From contig JAHHIK010000006.1 in the NCBI GenBank assembly GCA_019358935.1, positions 71,597 to 135,596 of the forward strand: a stretch of 64,000 nt of DNA, read 5' to 3'. Position numbers and translations under genes: made by a program. The stretch is from Tolypothrix carrinoi HA7290-LM1 (GTDB lineage: Bacteria; Cyanobacteriota; Cyanobacteriia; Cyanobacteriales; Nostocaceae). Shown in pieces: positions 46,770 through 59,900 of the stretch; position 1 is the first letter of the stretch; every line of letters starts with the position of its first letter. A model generated the notes under the pieces. The model saw nothing but the letters and a program-made list of their open reading frames with translations, was not told the origin of the DNA and ran no database searches.

Positions 46770-47777
46770 TTATACCCGAGCTGTTGCTAGCTTTGCCTCT
46801 GTAGCTGTCAACCGCTCATAAGCGGCACGCATTTTCAACCCTGTAAGCACTTGGAATAAACCAGTACCATTATTGGAACCAGGATACTCACGGTGTTGGA
46901 GTAGCAGGTGAGTCATTTCACCCTCGTATTTGGTAGATGTTTTGCTTAGGTGAGTTTCGATGTAAATGACTTCTTCTAAGTTGTCAAATTGACCATCTAC
47001 TTCGAGTACGGAGACATAACGACCGTAGTAAACATCGGAGCCGTAGTATAGTTGCATACCTGGGTATGAACAAGTCAGCTTACGTCCGCAAGGAGTCCAC
47101 TGGATGCTTGATCCTTCATCGAATAAATAAGTTGGCTCAAAGCCTTGCTTATCTTCGCGTTGAAGCATACGTACCCGCAGTACTTTGCGTTCTTTGTCTT
47201 CTTTAATCAGGTTGGTGGGTAATACCTGGAGAACTACATCAGCAAATTCTCTTTGGGGTTCGATGAACTTATCAAAGTCAGGTTTGCGGGAATTGATTTG
47301 CGCTAATACGTCTTCGTAGCGATGACCGCGTTCTGCCATGTCACGCTGGATTTTCCAGGCGATTTTTACTTCATCGCTGATATCGAAGTATACGCTAAAG
47401 TCGATTAGCGATCGCACTCGCTCATCATATAAAGGATGCAACCCTTCAATCACTAGAATGTGATTCGGCTCTATCCTTTCTGGAGGATCGAGCAAACCGG
47501 TTTCGTGGTTGTAAATCGGCTTATCAATTGCTTTACCTTCTTTGAGCGCTTTGATTTGCTCATACATCAGGTCAAAATTGTTTGCCCTTGGGTCAAGTGC
47601 TGTTATCCCTGTTTCTTTGCGCTGTTTGCGATCCAGGCAATGATAGTCATCCAAGCAGATAACTGTCATTAATTCTTCACCAAACAAATCTATTAAACGA
47701 CGCAAAAATGTCGATTTCCCGCATCCTGAGTCTCCAGCTACTCCAATCAATACCACGCGTTCCGGCTTACTTGTCAT
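46770..47777 (-). CDS. prk: Phosphoribulokinase
   Basis: GDSGCGKST, CLDDYH, RDMAERGH, YPGSNNGTG. Confidence 0.96.
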   Translation of the reverse strand: MTSKPERVVLIGVAGDSGCGKSTFLRRLIDLFGEELMTVICLDDYHCLDRKQRKETGITALDPRANNFDLMYEQIKALKEGKAIDKPIYNHETGLLDPPERIEPNHILVIEGLHPLYDERVRSLIDFSVYFDISDEVKIAWKIQRDMAERGHRYEDVLAQINSRKPDFDKFIEPQREFADVVLQVLPTNLIKEDKERKVLRVRMLQREDKQGFEPTYLFDEGSSIQWTPCGRKLTCSYPGMQLYYGSDVYYGRYVSVLEVDGQFDNLEEVIYIETHLSKTSTKYEGEMTHLLLQHREYPGSNNGTGLFQVLTGLKMRAAYERLTATEAKLATARV

Positions 47778-48844
47778 AAATTTCCTCTAAATGCTAAAGA
47801 TGTGTCAATGCAATAATTTTTTCACACAGCAGATTTTATGCTAGGAGTTTTCATGGTTGGTTTCTCCTGCGTTATTTCTATCCTGCGATCGCATGAAGTA
47901 TCTAACGGGTATACAGCAAAATACTCGTTACCCGTCGTATAATTCTGCTTTTTGGCAGGTAAGTATTTAATCCTAGTGATTATTTTGATTTTAACAGAAG
48001 GGGTTATTCTATACAATACTTGATGTCAATAAGAATCTTTGACTCAATCGACCATGCCAATAATAGATGAGCAGATTTTGAAAATAACCAGGACTTACGC
48101 ACATTATTGGCGTGGCAAGGGGGGATCGTTGGTTGTGAGTTAATGGTTTAAGAACATTTAAGTATAATCTTATAGCCTTGATAATGTTTGGAGAAATTTT
48201 TTTTGAGAAGGTGAGTTTGAGTAGCAGCGATCGCTCTTTAGCATAGATATTTCAAGCCGCGAATATATCCAAAGAAAGAGCTAGCAACTTAAATAAGGTA
48301 GAAATTTTCGGAGAAAGTGTTTGTATATCCTGACACTAATAGAGGTTGACAGAAGTTTCACCCTGATGTGAAACTTAATTGTAGTTGTCTAAACAAACTT
48401 GGCAGCCAGATAGAGCGATCGCCTATTTTTATCAATCTTGGGATGAAAATATAGGAGTGCGGTAGCAACCGTAGATAATTCTTGGCAAAAAAGCACGGGC
48501 ATGACATCATCTTGTGGGAAACTACATTATGTAAGAGCACAAGTTCTGCCCTGGAATTTCTGCCAGAGGTAGACACTATCAAATTACGTCTCCCGAAATC
48601 TGAATGTTTGTAGCCGCGTTTTAGTCGTGGAAATAGGCATCACAGACGAATAAATGCATTTATCTTATATTTTGATTGAATGCAGGAGACTGCCAAAGTC
48701 GGAGATATAAAACTAATCAGAAGAACACCTTCCGTGATTGGTATTCACCGATATAAACTAACTTTATGGGGGCAGCTTACCCAAAGGGTAGGTATAAGTT
48801 ATCTCCCTTTTGGGGGAAGAAGTTTGAGAAGAAAACATTAAATT

Positions 48845-48886
48845 GACTCATTATTAACATTCTCCAAAAGACATATCCTTTACCTT
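48845..48886 (+). promoter_or_regulatory. NtcA-type class II promoter of petH (non-canonical GAC-N8-AAC, N22, TAN3T)
   Basis: gac-tcattatt-aac, 22 nt, tacctt; predicted TSS about 188 nt upstream of ATG 49081, consistent with my recollection of the NtcA-dependent petH promoter in Anabaena. Confidence 0.65.
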
Positions 48887-49056
48887 AGAAGGTGAACAGG
48901 TGTGCTTTTTTCCATGCCTGCATGTCTTTGGCGAGTGTACCTAGCAAGGCATTTGTTTGTAATGCCACTTTTCCCAATTACAGCGCCCGTGTGAAACCGA
49001 AATTCGGTAAACTAAGACAGGCTTGTGGTGGGAAGGGTTTTTTCAGTAACGGTTAA

Positions 49057-50457
<1,401 letters not shown>

Positions 50458-50495
50458 TGGAGTTAGGAGTTAGGAGTTAGAAGTTAAGAGTTAAA
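50458..50495. repeat. STRR (GGAGTTA-like)n
   Basis: Seen directly. Confidence 0.8.
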
Positions 50496-50602
50496 GCTCA
50501 TAACAGATAACGATAACTTAGGACTCATAAAAAGATAAAAGATAGTAGGTGGGGCATATGCCTCACCTACAATTGTTATTGGTGGAATTTGGTATAAAGT
50601 TT

Positions 50603-51901
50603 GTGGGTGTGAAGCTGGGAATACTAGGATTAGGGACGGTGGGGACGGGTACGGTGCAGTTGTTGCAAGATTTGAACGGACGTCACCCGTTGTTACGAGA
50701 GATAGAAATATATCGGGTAGGAGTACGATCGCCCCAATTACCCCGTGCTGTAGAATTAGCAAAAAATGTTTTGACTACAGATTTAGAGGCAATTGTCAAT
50801 GACCCGGCGGTAGATATTGTTGTGGAATTGATTGGAGGATTAGAGCCGGCGCGATCGCTTATCTTGAAAGCGATTGAAAATGGTAAGCACATTGTCACCG
50901 CTAACAAAGCAGCGATCGCTCGTTTTGGTGATGAAATTTTCACCGCTGCCAATAAAGCCGGGGTATATGTAATGCTAGAAGCCGCTGTTGGTGGCGGTAT
51001 TCCAGTAATTCAACCTTTGAAGCAGTCTTTAAGTGTGAATCGCATTCACACCGTCACAGGTATCGTAAACGGTACAACTAACTACATCCTCACGCGGATG
51101 CAAACCGAAGGCAGCAACTTTAGCGATGTTTTAGCTGATGCTCAAAAGTTAGGTTACGCTGAAGCTGACCCCACAGCTGATGTGGATGGCTTAGACGCGG
51201 CAGATAAAATAGCCATCCTCGCATCATTAGCCTTTGGTGGACGGATTAAGTTGCAAGACGTTTATAGTGAGGGAATTCGGCAAGTTAGTAAAACAGATAT
51301 TGCCTACGCCGAGAAATTGGGATTTGTGATTAAATTGTTAGCGATCGCCAAAACAATCACCCCCTCCCCCTCTTCCCCCCCTCCCCTCTCCGTCAGAGTT
51401 CATCCCACCTTATTACCCAAAGAACATCCATTAGCCAGCATTAACGGCGTTTATAACGCCATTCTCGTCGAAGGCGAACCCTTAAAACAGGTGATGTTTT
51501 TTGGTCCTGGTGCTGGTGCTGGAGCAACAGCCAGTGCAGTATCCTCAGATATATTAAATTTAGTTGCAGCACTCAAAACCAGTACGGCAAACCCAAATCC
51601 CCTGTTAGGTTGCGCTCATCAAGATTACTGCCAAATTGTCCCAATGGCAGAACTAATTACTCGATTTTACGTCCGTTTCCTCACGAAAGACCAACCCGGA
51701 GTAATCGGTAAATTGGGTACTTGCTTTGGCACGTATGGCGTCAGCTTAGAGTCAATTGTGCAAACAGGTTTTCAAGGAGAACTAGCAGAAATTGTTGTTG
51801 TCACCCACGATGTACGCGAAGGCAATTTTCGGCAAGCATTGGCAGAAATTAACACCCTAGAAGCGATAGACAGCATTCCTAGTTTGTTGCGGGTGCTTTG
51901 A
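50603..51901 (+). CDS. hom: Homoserine dehydrogenase with ACT domain
   Basis: GLGTVG, VTANK, EAAVGGGIP, NGTTNYIL, GYAEADPTADVDG. Confidence 0.95.
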   Translation: MGVKLGILGLGTVGTGTVQLLQDLNGRHPLLREIEIYRVGVRSPQLPRAVELAKNVLTTDLEAIVNDPAVDIVVELIGGLEPARSLILKAIENGKHIVTANKAAIARFGDEIFTAANKAGVYVMLEAAVGGGIPVIQPLKQSLSVNRIHTVTGIVNGTTNYILTRMQTEGSNFSDVLADAQKLGYAEADPTADVDGLDAADKIAILASLAFGGRIKLQDVYSEGIRQVSKTDIAYAEKLGFVIKLLAIAKTITPSPSSPPPLSVRVHPTLLPKEHPLASINGVYNAILVEGEPLKQVMFFGPGAGAGATASAVSSDILNLVAALKTSTANPNPLLGCAHQDYCQIVPMAELITRFYVRFLTKDQPGVIGKLGTCFGTYGVSLESIVQTGFQGELAEIVVVTHDVREGNFRQALAEINTLEAIDSIPSLLRVL

Positions 51902-51925
51902 AGCTTATCGCCGACACCCACATTC

Positions 51926-51954
51926 AGGAGTCCAGCATCGCTGGACTCCTTTTC
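51926..51954 (+). terminator. Rho-independent terminator after hom
   Basis: aggagtccagc-atc-gctggactcct followed by ttt. Confidence 0.75.
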
Positions 51955-52466
51955 TCTCCCCCGCACGATTATCATTTATATTCAGAATATTTTGAGTATT
52001 TTAACTGATTGACATGTATGCGCTTTATCTTAACCTCTCACAGATGGGATGAGATAGGGTGATGGATTGGTGGTAGCACGATGATTTTATTAAGTCTTAT
52101 TGCAGAGCTTGTTCAAAACTGCATAATTTGCTTTTGCTTACAACTATATAAATATTTTGGGAGAATTAAGTTGAATAATTAATTATCTATCTTAAGATAG
52201 ATATTTTTATTTTCACTTTCTTGAAAGGGATTTTAATAACCAATTATGCAAAAATAGTTCTTATTACTACATAAGATTTCTGTTTTTCATGTGTATAAAA
52301 ATATTAACATAACCAATAAAAAGACTCACATTATAATTGCTAAACAATGAATCTAATCTATTGGAAAGCTATTGTTTAGAAAAAACAAGTCTCTGTTGAG
52401 ACACTACATTTGTGTACCAAAGAAGCTCAAAATTTTGTTGTTTGAAATTAAGCTGATAAATTCATA

Positions 52467-53777
52467 ATGTCACAAAATCCTTTCATCGTTGGACAACCAG
52501 TTCCTCCAGAACGTTTTGTGGGGCGGACTTCTGAAATTGAAGCTGCATTTGATCAAATCTTTAACCAAAGTCACTTAGCAATTTGGGGTGGTCCAGGAAT
52601 GGGCAAGTCCTCCTTTTTGGAGAAAGTAGCATCGCCTGAAGCTTGGGAAGAACGTGGAGAAGATCCATCAAATGTTGTGATTGTTCTTTTGAGTTGCGAG
52701 AGTATCAATCCCTTCAGTGCCTCTAGCTTTTGGCGGGAAGTCCTAACCATTATGAGAGATAAGTTAGACGGTGAGCCAGCGTTACAAACTGAAATCGAGA
52801 CATTGTTGGAAAATGGGCAAACAACGAAAGATAGCCTACGCCCGATCCTGCGGAAGCTAGGGAAAACAGGAAAATTCTTGGTGCTGCTAGTAGATGATTA
52901 TGATGCTGCTCTTCGCGAACATGAGCAATACACTAACGTTGAGATGCAAACTTTCTTGAACGAGTGCCGTAATTTAACTTATCACTCTCAGGAGAGAAAA
53001 CATCTCTCAATGATTGTCACCTCACTCAAGCGTCTCAATGAACTTGGTCCTCCCCTTAATCCAGCCAGTTCTCCGTGGTACAACCACTATCTCTTCCAAT
53101 CGCTCAAACCATTTACTGAAACTGAAGTTAAGCGACTACTTGGAATTATATTTATGACACCAGAATTACGGGAGGCAATTCAAAAAATTGCTGGTGGACA
53201 CCCAATTCTGCTACAAACTACTGGCGGTCTTCTGTACAGAGAACTACAAACAGGAATTGGGCAAGCAATAGACGATCAAGCATTTGCCAGAAGCTTTGAA
53301 AACGATACTAGACAAATTTTTGAAAACATTTGGGCAAGGTGTTCTGAAGTAGAGCAAACTTTGTTGATGCTGATGGCTTTGTCAGGCTTGAAAGGTCGTT
53401 TGCCTCAGGGACGCTATGACTTGGGCGGCATTGACATTATCTTTAGCCAAAAAGAGCGAGAGTTGATCAATTTAGAAGAACAAGGCGTAATTATCCGTTC
53501 AGCAGATCGGGCAGGAAAAAAAGTACCTTCCTTCACTTCATCCATAATGGAGCGGTGGGTGATTCAAGAACTTGGGAATAGTAATGATACGTCACTGCAA
53601 AAACGGCAAAAAGTGTTTCTCAATTTGATGAGCCATGAACAAGCCAAGAAAGTCACAGAGGCAATTCGTTGGTTATGGCAGCATAAAAATGAGATCCCCT
53701 CTACCCTTGAATGGGTTGGCAAGATTTCATCTGCCTTACCAAAGGGAGCGATCCAAACCTTATTTAATTGGATGTAA
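52467..53777 (+). CDS. STAND-like AAA ATPase (module type A)
   Basis: NPFIVG..FVGR, GGPGMGKSS, VLLVDDYD, AGGHP. Confidence 0.85.
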   Translation: MSQNPFIVGQPVPPERFVGRTSEIEAAFDQIFNQSHLAIWGGPGMGKSSFLEKVASPEAWEERGEDPSNVVIVLLSCESINPFSASSFWREVLTIMRDKLDGEPALQTEIETLLENGQTTKDSLRPILRKLGKTGKFLVLLVDDYDAALREHEQYTNVEMQTFLNECRNLTYHSQERKHLSMIVTSLKRLNELGPPLNPASSPWYNHYLFQSLKPFTETEVKRLLGIIFMTPELREAIQKIAGGHPILLQTTGGLLYRELQTGIGQAIDDQAFARSFENDTRQIFENIWARCSEVEQTLLMLMALSGLKGRLPQGRYDLGGIDIIFSQKERELINLEEQGVIIRSADRAGKKVPSFTSSIMERWVIQELGNSNDTSLQKRQKVFLNLMSHEQAKKVTEAIRWLWQHKNEIPSTLEWVGKISSALPKGAIQTLFNWM

Positions 53778-53788
53778 GGAGAATAACT

Positions 53789-53881
53789 ATGAGTGATCAA
53801 TGTAGAATAAATCCTTACATTATTACTCGCCCAATAGAAAAAAAATTATTTTTCGGACGAAAAAGTTTGTTCATAAACTAG
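53789..53881 (+). pseudogene. Truncated N-terminus of another STAND-like module (MSDQCRINPYIITRPIEKKLFFGRKSLFIN*)
   Basis: Matches RNPYIIGRPIVERELFFGRESLF of the neighbours; AAGGAG RBS. Confidence 0.7.
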
Positions 53882-53936
53882 TACATGCGTTTTCAAAGGT
53901 ATTTATTTAAGTTTGACTGTACTCTAGTTTTATAAA

Positions 53937-56795
53937 ATGAATATGAATACTACAAAAATTAATAGAAATCCTTATATCATTGGTCGCCCCATCACTGAAC
54001 CAGAATTATTCTTTGGTCGAGAAAATCTATTTCATTTTATTGATGATAATCTAAAGAACAGCGAAAAAGTTATCCTCTTACATGGTCAAAGACGTATTGG
54101 TAAGTCGTCTGTCCTTTCCCAGATTCCCAATTTTGTTAACCGAGATGATTTTGTCTTTGTTCCATTTGATCTGCAAGACCAAAGTCAATTATCTTTGAGT
54201 GCTATCCTACACCGCCTTGCTACAAAAATCATCGATTGTTTTAACTTATCTCCGGATCAGGTAACGCTGCCTTTAGCTACAGAGTTGGAAAAAGACCTAA
54301 ATATCTTTTCTTGTAACTTCTTGCCCAAAGTCTATCAAGCAGTGAACGGAAAAAATCTTGTGTTGTTGCTGGATGAGTTTGATGTTTTAAGTAATGATGC
54401 TCCCAACTTAGCAGATCAGCATTTCTTCCCCCATTTAAAATCGATCCTTCAAGAGCAGGAGAAATTATTTGTCATTCCAGTAGTGGGACGGGAACTGGAA
54501 GATATGCCTAAGCTGCTAGATTTATTTAAGGGAGCGCCCAAACAAAAAATTGCTCTGCTGGACGAGTCAAGTGCCAAGCAGCTGATTACCGAACCAGCTG
54601 AAGGTATGCTGAAATATGACCCAAATGCAATACAAGCAATTCTTGAACTGTCAGCGGGGCATCCCTATTTCACGCAAATAATATGCTTCGCTATTTTTGG
54701 ACAAGCTAGGGGGGAACAGCGATGGCAGGTAACTCGCACTGATGTAGAGAATATTGTAGACAAGGCGATAGAGATTGGTGAGGCAGGACTGGTATGGTTT
54801 CGGCAAGGACTGCCTATTCCAGAGCGAGTGATCTTTTCTACTGTGGCAACTAAACCTGTGGTTAAGGAACCGCTGAAACTACTTAAAGAATATGGAGTTG
54901 TTCAGACAGAGCAGCTAGATAGGGCACAGAAGCTATTGGTTGAGTGGGGCTTCTTGCAGAAGGTAAACAGTCCTCAGTTGCCAAATGTTGTAGTTTCTAC
55001 TTATAGCGTGACTGTAGAATTAGTACGCAGATGGTTGTTGAACCAGCATTCTTTAAGAGAAGAAATCTACGAACTAGAAAAACTTAACCCAGAAGCACAT
55101 AATACCTACCTAGAAGCGAGTAAACTACATGAACAGGGCAATATTGCCGCTGCGCTCCAATTGTATGAGCAGGTATTAGCAATTAATCCCAACCATTTCA
55201 GTACTTTACTTTGTTTACTACAGGGATATTTAGATTTAGATACTAAGGAATTCCAAAAAGCAGTAGAATCCTACGAAAGAGCCTACAAGTTTAATCCAGA
55301 AGACACCAAAGAAGGGTTTATACAATTACTGTTGAACTACGGTAATGAGTTGATGCTACAAAAGCAGTTTCAGTTAGCTCAACAGCAGTTTAACAAGGTA
55401 TTAGAACTAGAAGGAAACCATAAGCTTGCAAAAGACCTTTTGGCAAAGGCAAAGAATGAAATTCGTAAGGCATCAACAAATCCTTATTTCGTAGGTAATA
55501 TCGTTCCCCTCGAACAATTTGTGGGTCGAAAAGAAGAAGTTGACAAAGCCTGGGATATTATTATGAACTCCAGTAAAATGTTTTTCTATGGCAGCGCAGG
55601 CACAGGTAAATCCTCATTCCTAAAGTATTTAGCTGCTCCTGAAACTTGGCAGGAGCGAGAAATCAATCTTGAGCATGGTCAATATCTGATTGTTGAGATA
55701 AATTGCCAAGATATTCGTCCTTTCCAACCATCAGCTTTTTGGAGAGAACTATTAATTCGGCTAAAAGATGTGTTGAGTGATTTGCACACGAAATTGCCAG
55801 AACAAGATCAAAGTGATACTTCTGTAAATTTGAGATTGATTCAATGCGAAATAGAGAAGATTTTGCAGAAAGTAACGGTGGACAAGGCTGATGTCAAGCA
55901 GATATTAAAGGAAATTAAGCGCCAAGATAAATTCCTAGTGCTACTGTTGGATGAATATGATGCGGTTCTCCATCCTAATGACAACTATGCTGAATCAGCA
56001 ATACAGCAGTTTCTTTCTGAATGCCGTATTTTGCAAGAACAGGATGCAAATAGGTGTCTGTCTACTATTATGATTCTGTCCCAATCTCCGATTGGACTTA
56101 GTTCAACATCTAGGCACAATAACTTACCTGATATTTCCTCACCACTCAAACCGTTTAAAGATAATGAATTGAAGATTTTGTGGCAACATATGCCTAAACC
56201 TTGGAACCAGAAGCAGAGCCTACAGATAATTCTAAAAGAAATTACTGGTGGTCATCCAGCGCTTTTTCAAATGCTTTGTTCTCTTTTATATAACCAGTTA
56301 AAGCAGAAGGGAAGTCCTGATATTGAGACATTAACAGCCGACTTTGAAAATATGACTGAACTTATTTTTAGGCGAATATGGGAATCACTAAATGAGACAC
56401 AACGGATGGTTTTGCGATTAATTTGTCTATACAGTTTAGAAGGTAAAATAAATAAAAATTTTTACGATCTAAAGGGTGTTGAAGATTATTTAAAAAATAA
56501 TTATGCGATACTAAATGATTTCAAAGGGAGTGGATTTATTCAAAGTAATAGGCAAAGAAACAAAGAAAGCTATTCTTTTACTGCGTCAGCAATGCAGCAG
56601 TGGGTAATTAGGGAGATTGTCAGTAACAAAGAAGGAGAAGTTAAAGAGAGAGAAAGGGTATTCGGTGTAATGAACCAAGGACAGATAAACAAGATAACGC
56701 AACCAATAAAGTGGTTAAGAGAAAATCCAGATGTTATCAAATCTGTGGCAGGAGGTTTTCAGGAATTAGCGAAAGTTTTTTTACCATCATTATAA
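53937..56795 (+). CDS. Double STAND-like ATPase with central TPRs (type B-TPR-type A)
   Basis: HGQRRIGKSS/LLLDEFD/SAGHPY; TPRs; second module NPYFVG, GSAGTGKSS, LLLDEYD, TGGHP. Confidence 0.85.
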   Translation: MNMNTTKINRNPYIIGRPITEPELFFGRENLFHFIDDNLKNSEKVILLHGQRRIGKSSVLSQIPNFVNRDDFVFVPFDLQDQSQLSLSAILHRLATKIIDCFNLSPDQVTLPLATELEKDLNIFSCNFLPKVYQAVNGKNLVLLLDEFDVLSNDAPNLADQHFFPHLKSILQEQEKLFVIPVVGRELEDMPKLLDLFKGAPKQKIALLDESSAKQLITEPAEGMLKYDPNAIQAILELSAGHPYFTQIICFAIFGQARGEQRWQVTRTDVENIVDKAIEIGEAGLVWFRQGLPIPERVIFSTVATKPVVKEPLKLLKEYGVVQTEQLDRAQKLLVEWGFLQKVNSPQLPNVVVSTYSVTVELVRRWLLNQHSLREEIYELEKLNPEAHNTYLEASKLHEQGNIAAALQLYEQVLAINPNHFSTLLCLLQGYLDLDTKEFQKAVESYERAYKFNPEDTKEGFIQLLLNYGNELMLQKQFQLAQQQFNKVLELEGNHKLAKDLLAKAKNEIRKASTNPYFVGNIVPLEQFVGRKEEVDKAWDIIMNSSKMFFYGSAGTGKSSFLKYLAAPETWQEREINLEHGQYLIVEINCQDIRPFQPSAFWRELLIRLKDVLSDLHTKLPEQDQSDTSVNLRLIQCEIEKILQKVTVDKADVKQILKEIKRQDKFLVLLLDEYDAVLHPNDNYAESAIQQFLSECRILQEQDANRCLSTIMILSQSPIGLSSTSRHNNLPDISSPLKPFKDNELKILWQHMPKPWNQKQSLQIILKEITGGHPALFQMLCSLLYNQLKQKGSPDIETLTADFENMTELIFRRIWESLNETQRMVLRLICLYSLEGKINKNFYDLKGVEDYLKNNYAILNDFKGSGFIQSNRQRNKESYSFTASAMQQWVIREIVSNKEGEVKERERVFGVMNQGQINKITQPIKWLRENPDVIKSVAGGFQELAKVFLPSL

Positions 56796-56941
56796 AAAAT
56801 AGGTATATAGGAACAGCTGAGCCAAGAATAGAAATTAGGCAAAACAAAAAAGACTATTATTTGACAGGTGTTGTCAATTCTATTGCTGGGTAAATTCAGC
56901 ACTAGTGAAGATTCTAATCTACTAAGAGTCTCTAAAAGAAT

Positions 56942-59900
56942 ATGGCTGCTGCGAAGATTCCGCGAAATCCATACATTATCGGTGGTCCAATTGATAACCA
57001 TACATTGATTTTTGGACGGGAAACTCTGTTCAATTTCATTGAGGATAATTTGAACCTAGGTGTACAAGTTATATTTTTGTCTGGTCAAAGAAGGATAGGT
57101 AAGTCATCTGTACTCAAACAGATTCCTCACTTTGTTGCTCAAGGCAAATTTGTCTTTGTTTCCTTTGATATGAAACAAAAAAGTCAATCATCATTAGGTG
57201 AACTTCTTCACTATATTGGTAAAGAAATCGTAGATTACCTTGAGCTAGATTATAAAAGAGTCAAACTGCCTTCAGTTAAAGAGTTAGAAACAGAGCCAAA
57301 TATATTTTCTCTGAACTTATTGCCAAAAATTGATCAGGAATTAGGTGATCGGTATTTGGTATGGTTGTTGGATGAGTTTGATGTTTGGAGTGAGGAAAAA
57401 GCTGACACATTACCTCAAGGTTGGTGTTTCTATTCTTATTTACAATCGCTTATTCAAAAACATGAGAAATTATTTCTCATTCCAGTAGTGGGACGGAAAC
57501 CAGGTGATATGCCAAAGCTAGATGGTTTGTTTAACCATGCAGCTTTCAAAGAAATTGGCTTGCTAGACGAGCCAAGTACTAAAGAGCTGATTACTGTACC
57601 AGCTCAAGGTGTACTGGAATACTACCCGGATGCGATACAAGCAATTTGGGAACTGTCGTTAGGAGATCCGTATTTTACACAAATAATCTGCTTTGCTCTT
57701 TTTGGGAGAGCGCGGGAGCGACACAATTGGAAGGTTATCTGTGAAGACGTGGAGGGTATTGTAGACAAAGCAATTGAGCTTGCTGAGGGGGGCTTGGCAG
57801 GGTGCTGGGCTGGACTGTCTATCCCAGAACGAGTAGTTTTTTCAGCCGTGGCGGAGGCTCAAAGGATAGCAATCTTAGAAAACCAACGGTTGCCAAAAGA
57901 CCCATCAACGCTGCTCAAAAGCTATGGAGTTATTCAGACAGAGCAACTTGTTCAAGCAGGAAAACGATTAGCCACAGAGGGTTTATTAGATGACACAGGA
58001 CATAGAGTAAAAGTTGAATTAGTTCGCCGATGGTTAGTTCAACATCACTCTTTGCGGCAAGAGAGATGGCAACTGGAGAGACTTGAGCAAGAAGAAGTGA
58101 ATCCCCTTTTGCTCGTAGCAGCTAAATTGCATCAACAAGGTAGAAAGCAGAATGCACTGACTTTTTATGAGCAGATTTTAAAGATTAATCCCAATCATTT
58201 TAGTTCAATCGTAGCGCTGGCTGATGGATACTTGGAGGTTGAAGATTTCGACAAAGCCGTGGAACTGTACACGCGAGCTTATAAAGTTGACCCAATCAGC
58301 AACAAAGAAGGACTGTTACGTGCGCTCGTAGCGCTGGCTGATGGATACTTGGAGGTTGAAGATTTCGACAAAGCCGTGGAACTGTACACGCGAGCTTATA
58401 AAGTTGACCCAATCAGCAACAAAGAAGGACTGTTACGTGCGCTGCAAGCTTTCGGACAAAAGTTAATAACGCAACGAGAGTTTACACGGGCAAACGAGCT
58501 GTTCAACCTCGTATTGGAAATTGAACCTGACAACCTAGCAGTGAAGGAGAAGCTAGGAAAAGATTATGGTTGGTTTGAATCTAGAGGTCGAAGAAGAAAT
58601 CCTTACATCATTGGTCGTCCAATTGTAGAACGAGAATTATTTTTCGGACGAGAAAGTTTGTTCGGCTTTATTGAGGATAACCTTCAACAGAATGTAAAGG
58701 TTATCTTATTACATGGTCAACGACGTATCGGCAAGTCATCTGTACTCAAACAGATTCCCCAACTTTTTGCTCAATTTCCTCAGAATGAGTTTGTTTTTGT
58801 TAACTTTGATCTTCAAGATAAAGCTGCGCTCTCCCTGAGTCAAATTCTGCACTTACTTGCTACAGAAATCTTAACTCATCTTGTTGATTACCTTGATCCG
58901 ATAGCTTATGATAGGGTGTCACTACCCCATAGTGCAGATTTAGAAACAGATCCAGATATCTTTTATGGTAACTTTTTACGTCAAGTTTATCAGGAATTGG
59001 GTGATAAAAAGCTGGTGTTGTTGCTGGATGAATTTGATCTTTTGAGTGGCGATCGCACCCAATCAGCAGAAGAGCATTTCTTTCCATATTTAAAAAGGCT
59101 GATTGAGCAGCATGAGAAATTATTTATCATTCCAGTAGTGGGAAGGAATCTGGGCGATCTGCCAAAGCTGCTTAGTTTGTTTGGGCGTGCCCCCTACCAA
59201 GAAATTGGTTTATTGGATGAGCTAAGTGGACAGCGGTTAATTACCAAACCAGCTCAGGGTATACTGGAGTACAAGCAGGATGCGATACAAGCAATTCTGG
59301 AACTGTCAGCAGGGCATCCCTACTTTACTCAAATAATATGTAATGCTCTTTTCGGGCAAGCAAGGGCTGATAATAATTCTCAGCTCACTCGTGTAGATGT
59401 AGAGGGTATTGTAGATCGAGCAATTGAGAATGCTGAAGGTGGATTAGACTGGTTTTGGCAGGGACTGCCTACCCCAGAGCAAGTGGTTTTCTCAGCCGTA
59501 GCAAAGGCTCAAACGATAGCTATCTCCAAAGCCGAGCGAGTTCCGGAAGAACCGTTAACGCTGCTCAGAAGCTATGGAGTTACCCTGACAGATTCCCTGA
59601 TTCAGGCAAACGAGCGACTAGCTAGCAACGATAGAGGTTTCTTGGATGACACGGGGCGTAGAGTAAAAGTTGAATTAGTCCGTCGCTGGTTAGTCGAGCG
59701 TCACCCACTGCGGCAAGAGATATGGCAGCTGGAGAATCTTGAGCAACAAGAAGTTAATCAGCTTTGGGAACAAGCAACTCAGTTCCATCAACAAGGTAGA
59801 AAACGGAATGCACTGGCTCGTTATGAGCAGATTCTGGAAATTAATCCCAATCACTTCAGTACTGTCGCGGCTCTAGCTGAAGGATACTTGGAAGTGGAAG

